Positions 1 to 10,025 of a stretch of 64,000 bases of DNA are shown here, one piece after another. The stretch spans positions 1 to 64,000 of the IMG/VR virus record IMGVR_UViG_3300027749_000051. The stretch is one strand, 5' to 3'. Positions within the stretch are counted from its first letter, which is position 1. The number at the start of each line of letters is the position of its first letter. The DNA is from a virus. A program made the position numbers and the translations under genes. A model generated the notes under the pieces. The model was given only the letters and a program-made list of their open reading frames with translations, did no database searches and had not been told where the DNA came from.

Positions 1-2
1 GT

Positions 3-743
3 TCTGGTTCATCAGGAAGTTCTGGTTCAAGTGGTTCTTCAGGAACTAGTGGAACATCTGGATCTTCTGGAACATCAGGAACAAGTGGTTCGTCAGGCAC
101 AAGTGGAACTTCTGGTTCTTCAGGAACTAGTGGAACATCTGGATCTTCAGGTTCAAGTGGTTCTTCAGGTACAAGCGGAAGTTCAGGATCGTCAGGAAGT
201 TCTGGTTCAAGTGGTTCTTCAGGTACAAGTGGAAGTTCTGGATCATCAGGTACAAGTGGAACGGCAACTATTAATAATAACGTAGATAATTATGTAATTA
301 CTGCAACAGGAACTGCCGGAACCATTCAAGGTGAAACAAATATGAGATTTGATGGATCTACCTTGAGTATTACAGGTGATACCACAATGACGGGAGCATT
401 AACCGCGGCATCAAAATCATTTGATATTCCACATCCAACGAAAGATGGATATAGATTAAGATATGGTGTATTGGAAGGTCCTGAACATGGAGTGTATATT
501 AGAGGTTTTGCGATTTCAAATGTTATCGAATTACCTGACTATTGGACGGAATTAGTTCATGAAGATAGTATTACAGTTCAATTAACATCGGTAGGAAAAT
601 CAGATATTGATTACGTTGTTAAAGTTTATGAAAATAAAATATATTTAGATTCATCAACAGGAGAAATCAGTAGTTACTTCTTTGTTCAAGCAGAACGTAA
701 AGACATTGAAAAGGTTCTATTGGAATATAAACCGATAAGGTAA
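3..743 (+). CDS. 5'-truncated fibre protein: (Ser-Gly-Ser/Thr)n collagen-like repeat plus a conserved C-terminal phage fibre domain
   Basis: The frame from nt 3 is open into track ORF 342-743. It has 29 consecutive S-G-[S/T] triplets (3-263) and a C-terminal ASKSFDIPHP...LRYGVLEGPEHGVYIRG motif typical of large-phage fibre C-termini. Confidence 0.75.
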   Translation, partial: SGSSGSSGSSGSSGTSGTSGSSGTSGTSGSSGTSGTSGSSGTSGTSGSSGSSGSSGTSGSSGSSGSSGSSGSSGTSGSSGSSGTSGTATINNNVDNYVITATGTAGTIQGETNMRFDGSTLSITGDTTMTGALTAASKSFDIPHPTKDGYRLRYGVLEGPEHGVYIRGFAISNVIELPDYWTELVHEDSITVQLTSVGKSDIDYVVKVYENKIYLDSSTGEISSYFFVQAERKDIEKVLLEYKPIR

Positions 744-745
744 AT

Positions 746-775
746 AAAAAAGGGAGTCTTTAAACTCCCTTTTTT
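746..775. terminator. Bidirectional intrinsic terminator
   Basis: Perfect 12-bp stem AAAAAAGGGAGT-ctttaa-ACTCCCTTTTTT between convergent genes. Confidence 0.85.
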
Positions 776-792
776 ATTATAATTTAAACATA

Positions 793-3072
793 TTATAGGG
801 GTAATGAGTTGAAAACTTGTGATGGGGTTATTGATTTTTGGCAAATATGTTGTCTTTCTGTTCCTTTATATACAGGACACCAATCCCAATCTCCAGGATC
901 AAAAGTTAATACAGGGTCATTCCAACATTTAATACAAACATCGTTTGATACCCTTGTAACATTATGTGTACATTCATGGTTATTCTCGCTAAATCCTGCA
1001 ATCATTACTGTCTTTTTACCTAAAGCCCAATTAACCCAAGATAACCCTGAACTTAATCCAATAAAGAAGTCCGCATGAAATAAACAATTCATAACTTCAT
1101 TCCAATCTTTTGTGGTGTTGTTACGAACTCCTTCTATATTATATTCCTTTAATGATAATATCATTACTTCATATCCAATATCTTTTAACATTTTTGATAA
1201 TGACGCCCAGTTTTCAAAAGTCCATTCTTTACATCCCGCTGTTGATTGTGGACCAAATACAACATATTTGTTCTTTATTGGCCTTTTTGTTGGTTTGAAA
1301 TTTAGTTTATAATTAATCTCATTATACTCTAATCCTAATATGTCTGTTGCTAATTTTTGAAGTGGGATAAGATTAACTTGATTTGGATATGAGTCAAATT
1401 TTCTCCATTTTTGATTATCGTCTTTAAACCATCCTAATCTATAAATAACATCGCAAGGTATGGATTGTCCTGGTAATATAAATGCTATATCTTTATAATC
1501 TTCAGACCCTTTAAACCATTCATTATGAAATGTACTTAAGATGACCTTACAATTTTTTTGTTTCATTAGTTCGATTGCGTAAGGAGCCCAAGCAATAGTG
1601 TCACCGACAGCTTTGGTTTCAAAAGATATAAGGACAGTTTTTCCTTCTAATGTAAAGGTGTCAATTATTTGACCATTAACTTTAATTATCCAGGGAATAA
1701 AATACTTTTTAGAACATGATGTCCACATATTATTTGATATGGTATCTGAGAATATAACATCATTCGTTTTACGATTAATGAACTCAACAAAATATTTTTG
1801 ATTATTGTCTCCCTTAATCTCAACTCTTGGACCATCCATATAGGTTATTATGAATTCATTCTCTTTTGTTGGTTTATCTTCTAACCACGACTTCTTATCT
1901 AAAAATTCGTTAATTGTATTGATACCAATTTCGGCAATATGTTCCCAACTAAATTCAGTTCTAATTTCTTCGGATTCTACTAATGCTTTTTGTTTGTATG
2001 ATTGATAGTTTGTTACCACCTCTCTCATTTTTTTTCCTAAATCTTCAAAATCAGGTTCATAATAATTTCCAACAGAGTCGTTAAAGTGACTATACGTACT
2101 TGCATCGACAGGTTTTTCTCCAATGATTTTAACAGGAATACCTCTACCTTCGGCAAACTCTAATTGACCTGAACAATTTGAATAAATTGATGGGGTACCA
2201 CAAGCCATTGCTTCGATAAGGGGTAAGTTCCATCCTTCTGACCTTGCGCATGAAACAAATACATCACAAGATTTTAATAGTTTAATGTAATCTTCTCTTG
2301 GAGGAAAATGTAAAACCTTAATTCTATCATCTTCTAATCCATAATACTTTAATCGTTCTTCAGTTGTTTTCATATTATCTCCTGAAAAAGGATTATCAAC
2401 TGAGACAATTAAATCGACAGGTTCATCTTTATCAAATGTATTTAGGAATGATTCAATAACTTCTTTAATTGATTTTCTATAATCCCATCTGCCAGCCAAG
2501 AAGAACTTCATTCTTCCATCTGATGTTAAAGGATGTGATACTTCTTCAGGGAAAAATGTATTAACATCTACTCCTTCAGGGACAACTTTAATTTTATCGG
2601 GGTTATAACCTTGTGCGATAGAACAATCTCTTTGCCATTTAGATGGAACCCACAGTTCGTCAAATTCTTTTAGTTTATTAAAATATTGTTCTGGTTGTAA
2701 TGTTGATTCCCATACATTGTATGCAATTTTTGGACCAAAATAATTATCATAAAATAAATGATGGTTTGTTTCACATAGTATAATATTAACATCTGGTGCA
2801 AATTCTTTTGATTTGTCCTGATACATTTTATGATTGTTTCTAGATTTGTCTGAATTCCATAAAACTTGTTCATAGAGTAATTTCTTATCTATCTCGTTAA
2901 AATATGACTCTTTGTTGTGTGGTTCGGGATTCATTCCTTCCCACCCATTTCCTACTGTGAAATTTCTAACTTTAATTTGTGCGTGTTTGGATAGATGTCT
3001 AAAAAAATCCCTTGTGTGTTGGTTATATCCTGTATTTCCAACATAAGAACCGTGTGCAAATATTTTTGGCAT
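793..3072 (-). CDS. GT4 (GT-B) glycosyltransferase fused to a TibC/AAH-type (BAHT family) protein O-heptosyltransferase-like domain
   Basis: N-half has the GT4 motif RSEGWNLPLIEAMACGTP. C-half has AVGDTIAW, QSTAGCKEW, FIGLSSGLSWVNWALG and C-x2-C-x15-C-x11-C (CIKC...WCP...IC). Confidence 0.85.
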   Translation of the reverse strand: MPKIFAHGSYVGNTGYNQHTRDFFRHLSKHAQIKVRNFTVGNGWEGMNPEPHNKESYFNEIDKKLLYEQVLWNSDKSRNNHKMYQDKSKEFAPDVNIILCETNHHLFYDNYFGPKIAYNVWESTLQPEQYFNKLKEFDELWVPSKWQRDCSIAQGYNPDKIKVVPEGVDVNTFFPEEVSHPLTSDGRMKFFLAGRWDYRKSIKEVIESFLNTFDKDEPVDLIVSVDNPFSGDNMKTTEERLKYYGLEDDRIKVLHFPPREDYIKLLKSCDVFVSCARSEGWNLPLIEAMACGTPSIYSNCSGQLEFAEGRGIPVKIIGEKPVDASTYSHFNDSVGNYYEPDFEDLGKKMREVVTNYQSYKQKALVESEEIRTEFSWEHIAEIGINTINEFLDKKSWLEDKPTKENEFIITYMDGPRVEIKGDNNQKYFVEFINRKTNDVIFSDTISNNMWTSCSKKYFIPWIIKVNGQIIDTFTLEGKTVLISFETKAVGDTIAWAPYAIELMKQKNCKVILSTFHNEWFKGSEDYKDIAFILPGQSIPCDVIYRLGWFKDDNQKWRKFDSYPNQVNLIPLQKLATDILGLEYNEINYKLNFKPTKRPIKNKYVVFGPQSTAGCKEWTFENWASLSKMLKDIGYEVMILSLKEYNIEGVRNNTTKDWNEVMNCLFHADFFIGLSSGLSWVNWALGKKTVMIAGFSENNHECTHNVTRVSNDVCIKCWNDPVLTFDPGDWDWCPVYKGTERQHICQKSITPSQVFNSLPL

Positions 3073-3087
3073 TGTTGTCTGTTTTAG

Positions 3088-3117
3088 TTGAAATATAAGA
3101 TATAATGTGTATATTTT
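3088..3117 (+). promoter_or_regulatory. Possible host-type (Bacteroidota) promoter in the divergent intergenic region
   Basis: TTG-N19-TATATTTT upstream of 3136; a TATATTTC on the opposite strand precedes 3072. Confidence 0.35.
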
Positions 3118-3135
3118 AAAGATAAAAAAGGATTA

Positions 3136-4086
3136 ATGAAAGACCTAATATTAATTACAAATTATTCTCCAGATAGTAACCGGGAGCAATTATTAAGAGA
3201 TCTAGTTAATGATGTTAAAAATGAAAATTATGACATCATGATATCAACACATTCATTTGTTCCTAAAGATATATTTGATAATGTTAATTATGTTATATAT
3301 GATAAAGAAAATTTACTTTTAACTGATATTAATAGTAAAGTTGGATTTTTTTATAAAAATGATAAATTTACAATTAAAAGTACTGAAATATATGGTTTTA
3401 ATCATGCTGTTGCTGTTTTTAAATTACTTTCTTTAGGGTTAGTGAATGCTAAAAATTTGGGATATAAGAAGGTTCATCATTTTGAATATGATAGTAGAAT
3501 TTTAAAGACATTAGAAATTGAGAATAATTCTAAATTAATTGATATACATAGCGTTGTTTTTTATCTACCTACAAATTTACAATTTCCTAACTCACCAATA
3601 TCATTTAATTTAGATATGATATCGGAAGGATGGTTTGATGTTTCAAATAAGAAAATTATGTCATTTATGGAGGGAAATAATACTAAAATGTGTGAACAAT
3701 ATCAACAAACCCTTATAGATGAAATTGGAAATTATTATCAAAAAAAAGTATCTGATCTTGAATCAAATAATATATTAGTTGGAATTAATGTGGCTCCTAT
3801 TAAACATCCGTGGGTGGTATGTGTGTATAATAAAATTACAAATAAATTAATTTTATTTTGTTGGACTACAAATGAAATTAACGATATTGAAGTTAAATTA
3901 ATTGTTAATAATTCTAAATTATCTTATTATATTGTAAAACCTAATTGTTGGATAATAAGAGATATTGATGATATTGATAATATTGAAAATATTTTAATTA
4001 TAGTAAATAATGAAATAAGAAATTACTTAGATATGTCAAAGATAGACAAAGAATATTATAAACTTAAAAATCAAATTATAGAATAA
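3136..4086 (+). CDS. Putative GT-A-like glycosyltransferase; paralog of 8557-9483
   Basis: Rossmann-like start LILITNY; AKNLGYKKVHHFEYD parallels ALNLDYEQFYHMIYD in 8557; lies in the glycosylation cluster. Confidence 0.4.
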   Translation: MKDLILITNYSPDSNREQLLRDLVNDVKNENYDIMISTHSFVPKDIFDNVNYVIYDKENLLLTDINSKVGFFYKNDKFTIKSTEIYGFNHAVAVFKLLSLGLVNAKNLGYKKVHHFEYDSRILKTLEIENNSKLIDIHSVVFYLPTNLQFPNSPISFNLDMISEGWFDVSNKKIMSFMEGNNTKMCEQYQQTLIDEIGNYYQKKVSDLESNNILVGINVAPIKHPWVVCVYNKITNKLILFCWTTNEINDIEVKLIVNNSKLSYYIVKPNCWIIRDIDDIDNIENILIIVNNEIRNYLDMSKIDKEYYKLKNQIIE

Positions 4087-4087
4087 A

Positions 4088-4732
4088 ATGGCACAAGGAG
4101 TACATAGAATCACTCAAGAGTTTGAGGAAGAACTGTCAAAATATACGGGAGCACCACATGCAATCGCATTGGATAATATGAGTAATGCCTTATTTTTGGC
4201 GTTATATTATGAAAAAAACATTAAAAAATCATTGGAGGATAATGTAATTGATTGTCCGTCTAAAACATATCCATCTGTTCCTTGTGAAATTATTCATGCG
4301 GGATTGAAGGTTAACTTTACACCTGTTGAAGGCAAAACAATTAAAGGGGCGTATACCCTATCACCATCCAATGTTGTTGATTCCGCATTAAGATTTACTG
4401 CCGATATGTATGTTCCTAAAACACATATGTGTTTATCATTTACGGGACCATATAAGACTCTAAAACTAAGTAAAGGTGGCGCAATCTTAACTGATGATTA
4501 CCAAGCGATGTTATGGTTTAAACGAGCAAGATTTAGTGGTAGGAGAGAATGTTCATATCATGATGATAATTTTGATATGTTAGGTTGGAATTTCTATATG
4601 ATGCCAGAATTATCTGCAAGAGGGATATTAATGATGAATCAATTTTATAATTTAGACGGGACAAAAAAACATAATGAAGATTTGGAATTGCCTTATCCTG
4701 ATTTATCAAAATATGAAATTTATAAAAAATGA
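4088..4732 (+). CDS. DegT/DnrJ/EryC1/StrS-family PLP-dependent sugar aminotransferase (short form)
   Basis: FEEELSKYTGAPHAIAL..SNALFLAL; SFTGPYKTL (PLP Lys) followed by GGAILTDD; RFSGR and GWNFYM motifs. Only 214 aa. Confidence 0.8.
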   Translation: MAQGVHRITQEFEEELSKYTGAPHAIALDNMSNALFLALYYEKNIKKSLEDNVIDCPSKTYPSVPCEIIHAGLKVNFTPVEGKTIKGAYTLSPSNVVDSALRFTADMYVPKTHMCLSFTGPYKTLKLSKGGAILTDDYQAMLWFKRARFSGRRECSYHDDNFDMLGWNFYMMPELSARGILMMNQFYNLDGTKKHNEDLELPYPDLSKYEIYKK

Positions 4733-5505
4733 AAATAACTCAAACATTAGTCGCACCAGCTGTTAGTTTTTTTAAAAAAAATTTTATTTCAAGATATTCT
4801 TTTAAAGAATATTGTGATATTAACAAACCGTGTGTGTTTTTAGGCGGGAGAGAATTATCTACTCAAATACAAAATCATAAATCGTATAAATTTGTATTTC
4901 TCACAACACCAAATGATTTACCAAATTTTGATATAATAACTAATACCGAAAATTTGTTTATTATTAATATATCTGATGATGTTAGATTAAATTTAAAAAT
5001 ACCTGATAATGTTAAGTGTAAAAATTTGACAATAGAACTTAAAGATTATTCATTATTTCAATCTAATATTTTAGGGGATAAAATATATGCATATACTGGA
5101 TTTAAAAATGGGTGGGGTAATGAATGGAATGTTGAAAAATTAAAACAACTCCAAAAAAAGATTGATTATGAAATAATAACAACAAATCATTTAAATCTTA
5201 ATGATTATTATGACATAAATTATTTAAAAGAAAATTATTACGACAAATCTTTTCTTAATTTAAATTTATCAAATGGTAATGGAATGTCGACAGTTATAGA
5301 GCTTGGATTAATGGGTAGAAAAACAATATTGAATGAAAATTTTTATAAATATCCATGTATTTTAAATTATAAAAATGATGAAGATTTGATTAATTTAATT
5401 AATTATGAGAGTAGTAAAATAGGGATGTTACAGCCATCAATAAATTGTCATACAATAAATGATGAATGGTTAGATATTGATTTTTGGGTTAAAATAGATA
5501 AATAA
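4729..5505 (+). CDS. Hypothetical protein, possibly a GT-B C-terminal-like domain
   Basis: NGNGMSTVIELGLMGRKTI resembles the GT-B donor-binding motif; cluster context. Confidence 0.35.
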   Translation: MKITQTLVAPAVSFFKKNFISRYSFKEYCDINKPCVFLGGRELSTQIQNHKSYKFVFLTTPNDLPNFDIITNTENLFIINISDDVRLNLKIPDNVKCKNLTIELKDYSLFQSNILGDKIYAYTGFKNGWGNEWNVEKLKQLQKKIDYEIITTNHLNLNDYYDINYLKENYYDKSFLNLNLSNGNGMSTVIELGLMGRKTILNENFYKYPCILNYKNDEDLINLINYESSKIGMLQPSINCHTINDEWLDIDFWVKIDK

Positions 5506-5510
5506 TTAAA

Positions 5511-6092
5511 ATGAAAATATCATTATTCGGATATGGTGGACATGCAAGAGAAGTTGCACAACAGATTAATAAATCAATTACATTTTTTGTTGATGATGAA
5601 TATGTTAATGAATTTACTAGACCAATAAGTGAATTTGATCCTGAAGAATATGCTATTATGATAGCAGTTGCGGACTGTGAAGAAAGAAGAAATATTGTTT
5701 TAACGTTACCTAAAGAAACTAATTATTTTACTTTTATACATCCGACCGCTCTGATAATGGATACAAATATAAAAATAGGTGAAGGGAGTTTTATTGGGGC
5801 ATACTCAATTTTAACAACTAATATATTATTAGGAAATCACGCAATCCTGAATCGAGGAAATCATATTGGGCATGATTCAAAGATTGGAGATTATTTTAGT
5901 GCAATGCCGGGATCAATTGTTTCTGGAAATGTTACAATTGGAGATAATGTTTATATGGGAACCAATTCATCAGTTAAAGAAAAAATACAAATTTGCTCAG
6001 ATGTTAAAATCGGTTCAAACGCCACAGTAATTAAAGATATAACAATAAATGGAACTTATGTTGGAGTTCCTAGTCGACTTAAAACTAAATGA
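5511..6092 (+). CDS. NeuD/PglD-family sugar acetyltransferase (left-handed beta-helix)
   Basis: LFGYGGHAREV N-terminus; IHPTA; IGHDSKIGDY hexapeptide repeats; GTYVGVPS. Confidence 0.9.
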   Translation: MKISLFGYGGHAREVAQQINKSITFFVDDEYVNEFTRPISEFDPEEYAIMIAVADCEERRNIVLTLPKETNYFTFIHPTALIMDTNIKIGEGSFIGAYSILTTNILLGNHAILNRGNHIGHDSKIGDYFSAMPGSIVSGNVTIGDNVYMGTNSSVKEKIQICSDVKIGSNATVIKDITINGTYVGVPSRLKTK

Positions 6093-7966
6093 TAAAACAA
6101 ATTGCTTTAGTGGAAGTATGGTTAGGTAAGATACCTGACTATTTTCAATACCATATAGAAACAATAGGGTCATTGTCGTGTGTTGATTTTTACTTTTTTA
6201 CCGACGATAAGAATTATGATTTTTCAAAGATTACTCATAAAAATTTTCATTTAAATTACATTAGCGAAGGTGAGTTTTTGGATAGGTTTAATAGGGTCTC
6301 TAAAGTTAAGATCGATAGAATAACTCATCCAAAAAAAATAATAGATTTCAAGTTATCATATTTTGAAATGTTTTCTGATTATGTTAACTCTTATCGTTAT
6401 GTGGGAATATATGATATTGATACAATGTTTGGAGATATGAATCAAACATTGTTGGATTGTATTAATGACTATGATTTTATATCTATTGGGGATGAGGTTT
6501 TTCATAATAGATTAAGTGGTCCTTTATTGATAGTTCGGAATACTTCAGAGTTTCATGATTTAATGAAAACAGACCGATATTACGAGACATTATTAATGGA
6601 TGACATATATGGTTACGGAGAACAAGAACTATCTGTAATCGCCCATAATAATTATAAGGTTAAGATATTACATTCAATGAATACTGATACAAAGAATGGA
6701 GGTAAAACGACCTATGATGTCTGTTGGAAAGGTGGAAAATTATATTCAGGCGATGAAGAAAAATTAATTTATCATTTCTATCGTAAAGGACATACAACCT
6801 TTCAAAAAGTTGGTAACCAGATTTATGCCAGATATGATAAAAAATTTCTAAATGACTTCTTTTGGGTTTTTGGGTTTACGGAGAATTATTCGGAGGCAGT
6901 ACCACATCTGATGGATTCGATTAATAAATATTCAAATAGAAAGTGTATTATATACACAATAAATTTTGACTATAATATTCCTCAAAAGTTTTTAACTAGT
7001 GAACAGTTTATCTTTAGAAGAATTGAAATTGAGGAAGGTCATAAAGATTATAGAGGTAGAGATGAAAATATTATTAGTTGTAAGCCAAAGTTGATGATTG
7101 ACGTGGTTACTCAATATCCTGATGATAGATTCATATTCATAGATAGTGACATTTATTTAACAACATCTGCTGATGATTTATGTAAACACTTTAATGAGCT
7201 AACTACTTATCCATTAATTAACTCTCATATTCATGATGTCGTTTATCATTCAGGAATAATTGAAGGAGAAAAATGGACAAGTACCGCTCATATTTTAGCA
7301 AAGAAAATTGATGTTGATATTTGCGTATTCCCAAGAAGAAAAACAAATGTAATGCTTTTTGATAACCGGTCAAAATGGTTTTTTGAGGAACAGATTGATG
7401 TGTATGAAAAGTATAAAAATACAGAAAAGGGAATATTTGCATTACACGATGAAGATTCTGCAAATGTTATCTTATCAAAGTATAATCTATATGGATGTAT
7501 ACCTTTATCTGATATTGAGGATTGTAGTGATATTAAATTAGAAACAATTACAGATTTAAATAATCCATTTCATATGACACAGATTTCTCCATCTGTTAGA
7601 TTACCACAAACAGTTAATGATATTGCGGTCTTTCATGGAATGAAAGATATTATCAAATTCCAAGAAATCGAAGAGAATTATGGAAAAAATGTTTTAGATT
7701 GTGAGGAAATTTTAACATATTATAAGGATAATACAATTTTTTTTGAGAAAAATTCATTCTTATCGACAAAGACTTTAAGTGGTAAATTTGATTTTATTGT
7801 AAAAAATAAAGATGGTGTTATTTTACAACAATTATTAAATCAATCTTTAATGAAGTATTGGATTTTTTATATTTCTAATGTTCATTTGGATAAAGGAGAT
7901 TATATTATTGAAATAATAAAAACAAGTGATAAACAAAAAGTTTATAATAATTTAATTAGTGTATGA
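6089..7966 (+). CDS. Two-domain putative glycosyltransferase (DUF6625-like plus GT-A DxD domain)
   Basis: WLGKIPDYF...FFTD...IDFKLSY...GIYDIDTMFGD; second domain CKPKLMID...FIFIDSDIY. Confidence 0.6.
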   Translation: MIKQIALVEVWLGKIPDYFQYHIETIGSLSCVDFYFFTDDKNYDFSKITHKNFHLNYISEGEFLDRFNRVSKVKIDRITHPKKIIDFKLSYFEMFSDYVNSYRYVGIYDIDTMFGDMNQTLLDCINDYDFISIGDEVFHNRLSGPLLIVRNTSEFHDLMKTDRYYETLLMDDIYGYGEQELSVIAHNNYKVKILHSMNTDTKNGGKTTYDVCWKGGKLYSGDEEKLIYHFYRKGHTTFQKVGNQIYARYDKKFLNDFFWVFGFTENYSEAVPHLMDSINKYSNRKCIIYTINFDYNIPQKFLTSEQFIFRRIEIEEGHKDYRGRDENIISCKPKLMIDVVTQYPDDRFIFIDSDIYLTTSADDLCKHFNELTTYPLINSHIHDVVYHSGIIEGEKWTSTAHILAKKIDVDICVFPRRKTNVMLFDNRSKWFFEEQIDVYEKYKNTEKGIFALHDEDSANVILSKYNLYGCIPLSDIEDCSDIKLETITDLNNPFHMTQISPSVRLPQTVNDIAVFHGMKDIIKFQEIEENYGKNVLDCEEILTYYKDNTIFFEKNSFLSTKTLSGKFDFIVKNKDGVILQQLLNQSLMKYWIFYISNVHLDKGDYIIEIIKTSDKQKVYNNLISV

Positions 7967-8556
7967 GTAGAGAAATAATCATGAGAAAATTTCAGGAATT
8001 GTCAAATATTCCTTCTGATATAAATGAACATCTGGAAACATTTAGAAGATATACTGAAGAATGTGATATTGTTATTGAGATGGGTGTGAGAAAAATAGTT
8101 AGCACTTGGGCATTTTTGGCGGGAAATCCGAAAAAATTAATTAGTTTGGATTTATATAATCCAACACATTTTGGGGGTAATTTACAAGAAGTGTATGATG
8201 CGGTATCAACAACGGATATTGATTTTTCTTTTGTTGAACAAGATTCTCTAACATATAATATTGATACCTGTGATTTATTATTTTTAGATACATGGCATGA
8301 TTTTTTACAATTAAAAAAAGAACTAACAAGACATCATAATCAAGTTAAAAAATATATTATTTTCCATGATACCGTGAGTTATGGTTATTCTGATGAAGAT
8401 TTAAATATTTCAGGTCTTGAAAATGAAATTGAAACGAATTTACCAAAAGGATTGTGTGCTGCCATTGAAGAATTTTTATTCCATAATAAAAACTGGATAA
8501 TGTGGGAGAAAAAACCAAATAATAATGGGATAACAGTTTTGAAAAAAATTTATTAA
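7963..8556 (+). CDS. Class I SAM-dependent methyltransferase (Methyltransf_24-like)
   Basis: IEMGVRKIVST; DLLFLDTWH; YIIFHDT. Confidence 0.8.
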   Translation: MSREIIMRKFQELSNIPSDINEHLETFRRYTEECDIVIEMGVRKIVSTWAFLAGNPKKLISLDLYNPTHFGGNLQEVYDAVSTTDIDFSFVEQDSLTYNIDTCDLLFLDTWHDFLQLKKELTRHHNQVKKYIIFHDTVSYGYSDEDLNISGLENEIETNLPKGLCAAIEEFLFHNKNWIMWEKKPNNNGITVLKKIY

Positions 8557-9483
8557 ATGAAAAAAATCTCATTAATAAGTAGTTTTTGTGACACACAGGA
8601 AAAATTAGATATTCTTGAAAAGAATATTAAAATTATTAAATCACATAATATTGATGTTATAGTTATTAGCCCATTTTATTTGTCAAAAAATATCGTTGAA
8701 TTGTGTGATTATTTTTTTATGACTAAAGATAATCCTGTATTTGAATGGCCTGAACGGGCGATGTTTTATTGGCAGATGTTTTCAACAGACACTAAGAACT
8801 ATAGAGTCACAACAACATATCCTGATTATGGATATGCTGGATTATCGCAGGTTAAACAATTAAGTGAGATTGCACTTAATTTAGATTATGAACAATTTTA
8901 TCATATGATTTATGATTTAAAAATTGATGATAATGTTATTGATGGATTTAATTCAGATAAAATTTGCTCCGTTTATCCGTCCAAGAGAGAAGAAATAATA
9001 TGGACAGTTGGTTTACACTATATGATTTTTAATAAAGAAAATTTAAAAAATTTCACATCGTATATAACCAAAGAGAATTATTTAGATACTAAGGATTTAG
9101 ACGCTTTTGCTTGGTTACATAGTCATCAAAAAAATATTAATTATGCAATTGAACCAATACCTGTTGAAGATGAAATATACTATTATCAAAATCATGACTT
9201 TCTTAATTACTCGCCAATTGAAAATTTAAAATTTTTTATTGATAAAAATTATGAGATAGATACAAATGTTAAATTATTTTTCTATGGTAATGAGGAATTA
9301 AAAAATATTAAATTAACTGTGGGTGATGTTGAATCTATTCATACTGTTAATGATTGTTATATAATTGACTTAGGGTTTGATAAATTTAATATCCAAGAAG
9401 TGAAATTAGAATATGATTCAATAACTTACGATTTAACTAAAATAATTCATAAAATTAAACATAACGGACTATACGAGATATGA
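8557..9483 (+). CDS. Putative GT-A-like glycosyltransferase; paralog of 3136-4086
   Basis: Shares N-terminal layout and the NLxY..HxxYD motif with 3136. Confidence 0.4.
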   Translation: MKKISLISSFCDTQEKLDILEKNIKIIKSHNIDVIVISPFYLSKNIVELCDYFFMTKDNPVFEWPERAMFYWQMFSTDTKNYRVTTTYPDYGYAGLSQVKQLSEIALNLDYEQFYHMIYDLKIDDNVIDGFNSDKICSVYPSKREEIIWTVGLHYMIFNKENLKNFTSYITKENYLDTKDLDAFAWLHSHQKNINYAIEPIPVEDEIYYYQNHDFLNYSPIENLKFFIDKNYEIDTNVKLFFYGNEELKNIKLTVGDVESIHTVNDCYIIDLGFDKFNIQEVKLEYDSITYDLTKIIHKIKHNGLYEI

Positions 9484-10025
9484 TAGAAAATATTCATTTA
9501 TGGCACGCAGACAGGGGAACTTATTTTGACCGAAATGTTAACATAATTTCTTGGAGTGACCAATACAAAATACATGTCGGGAAATATTGTTCGATTGGAA
9601 GAGATTGTAATTTTTTCTTACATGCAAATCATAGGCCAGATTGGATAACAACATCCTCACAATTATGGGGACCAGTTACACCTGAAACTGCTGATTTACA
9701 TATGGGTATGGGACATCCTTCTTGTAAGGGTGATATTATTGTTGGTAATGATGTGTGGATTGGTGCAAAATCTACAATAATGTCTGGCGTTAAAATTGGA
9801 GACGGAGCAATTATTGCTGCAGGAGCATTAGTAACTAAAGATGTATTACCTTATTCTATTGTTGGAGGAAACCCTGCGAAACATTTAAAGTTTAGATTTA
9901 TGGAAACACAAATTGAGTCATTATTGAAAATCGCTTGGTGGAATTGGACAGAAGATAGGATTAAAACAGAAGCCATGAATATGTGGTCAGATAAAATAGA
10001 TGAATTTATTGATAAACATTTATGA
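9480..10025 (+). CDS. CatB/Vat-like hexapeptide O-acetyltransferase
   Basis: IHVGKYCSIG; KGDIIVGNDVWIG; PYSIVGGNPAK; IAWWNW. Confidence 0.9.
   Translation: MIENIHLWHADRGTYFDRNVNIISWSDQYKIHVGKYCSIGRDCNFFLHANHRPDWITTSSQLWGPVTPETADLHMGMGHPSCKGDIIVGNDVWIGAKSTIMSGVKIGDGAIIAAGALVTKDVLPYSIVGGNPAKHLKFRFMETQIESLLKIAWWNWTEDRIKTEAMNMWSDKIDEFIDKHL

Noticed and set aside
31-285. 84-aa track ORF, plus long alternative-frame ORFs over repeats (19255-19734, 54892-55914, 58228-59175 and others)
   Set aside because: Shadow frames produced by stop-poor repeat codons of the real genes; low-complexity translations.
9480-10025. Vat/CatB antibiotic resistance gene
   Set aside because: The fold is shared by many O-acetyltransferases; the glyco-island context favours a sugar substrate.
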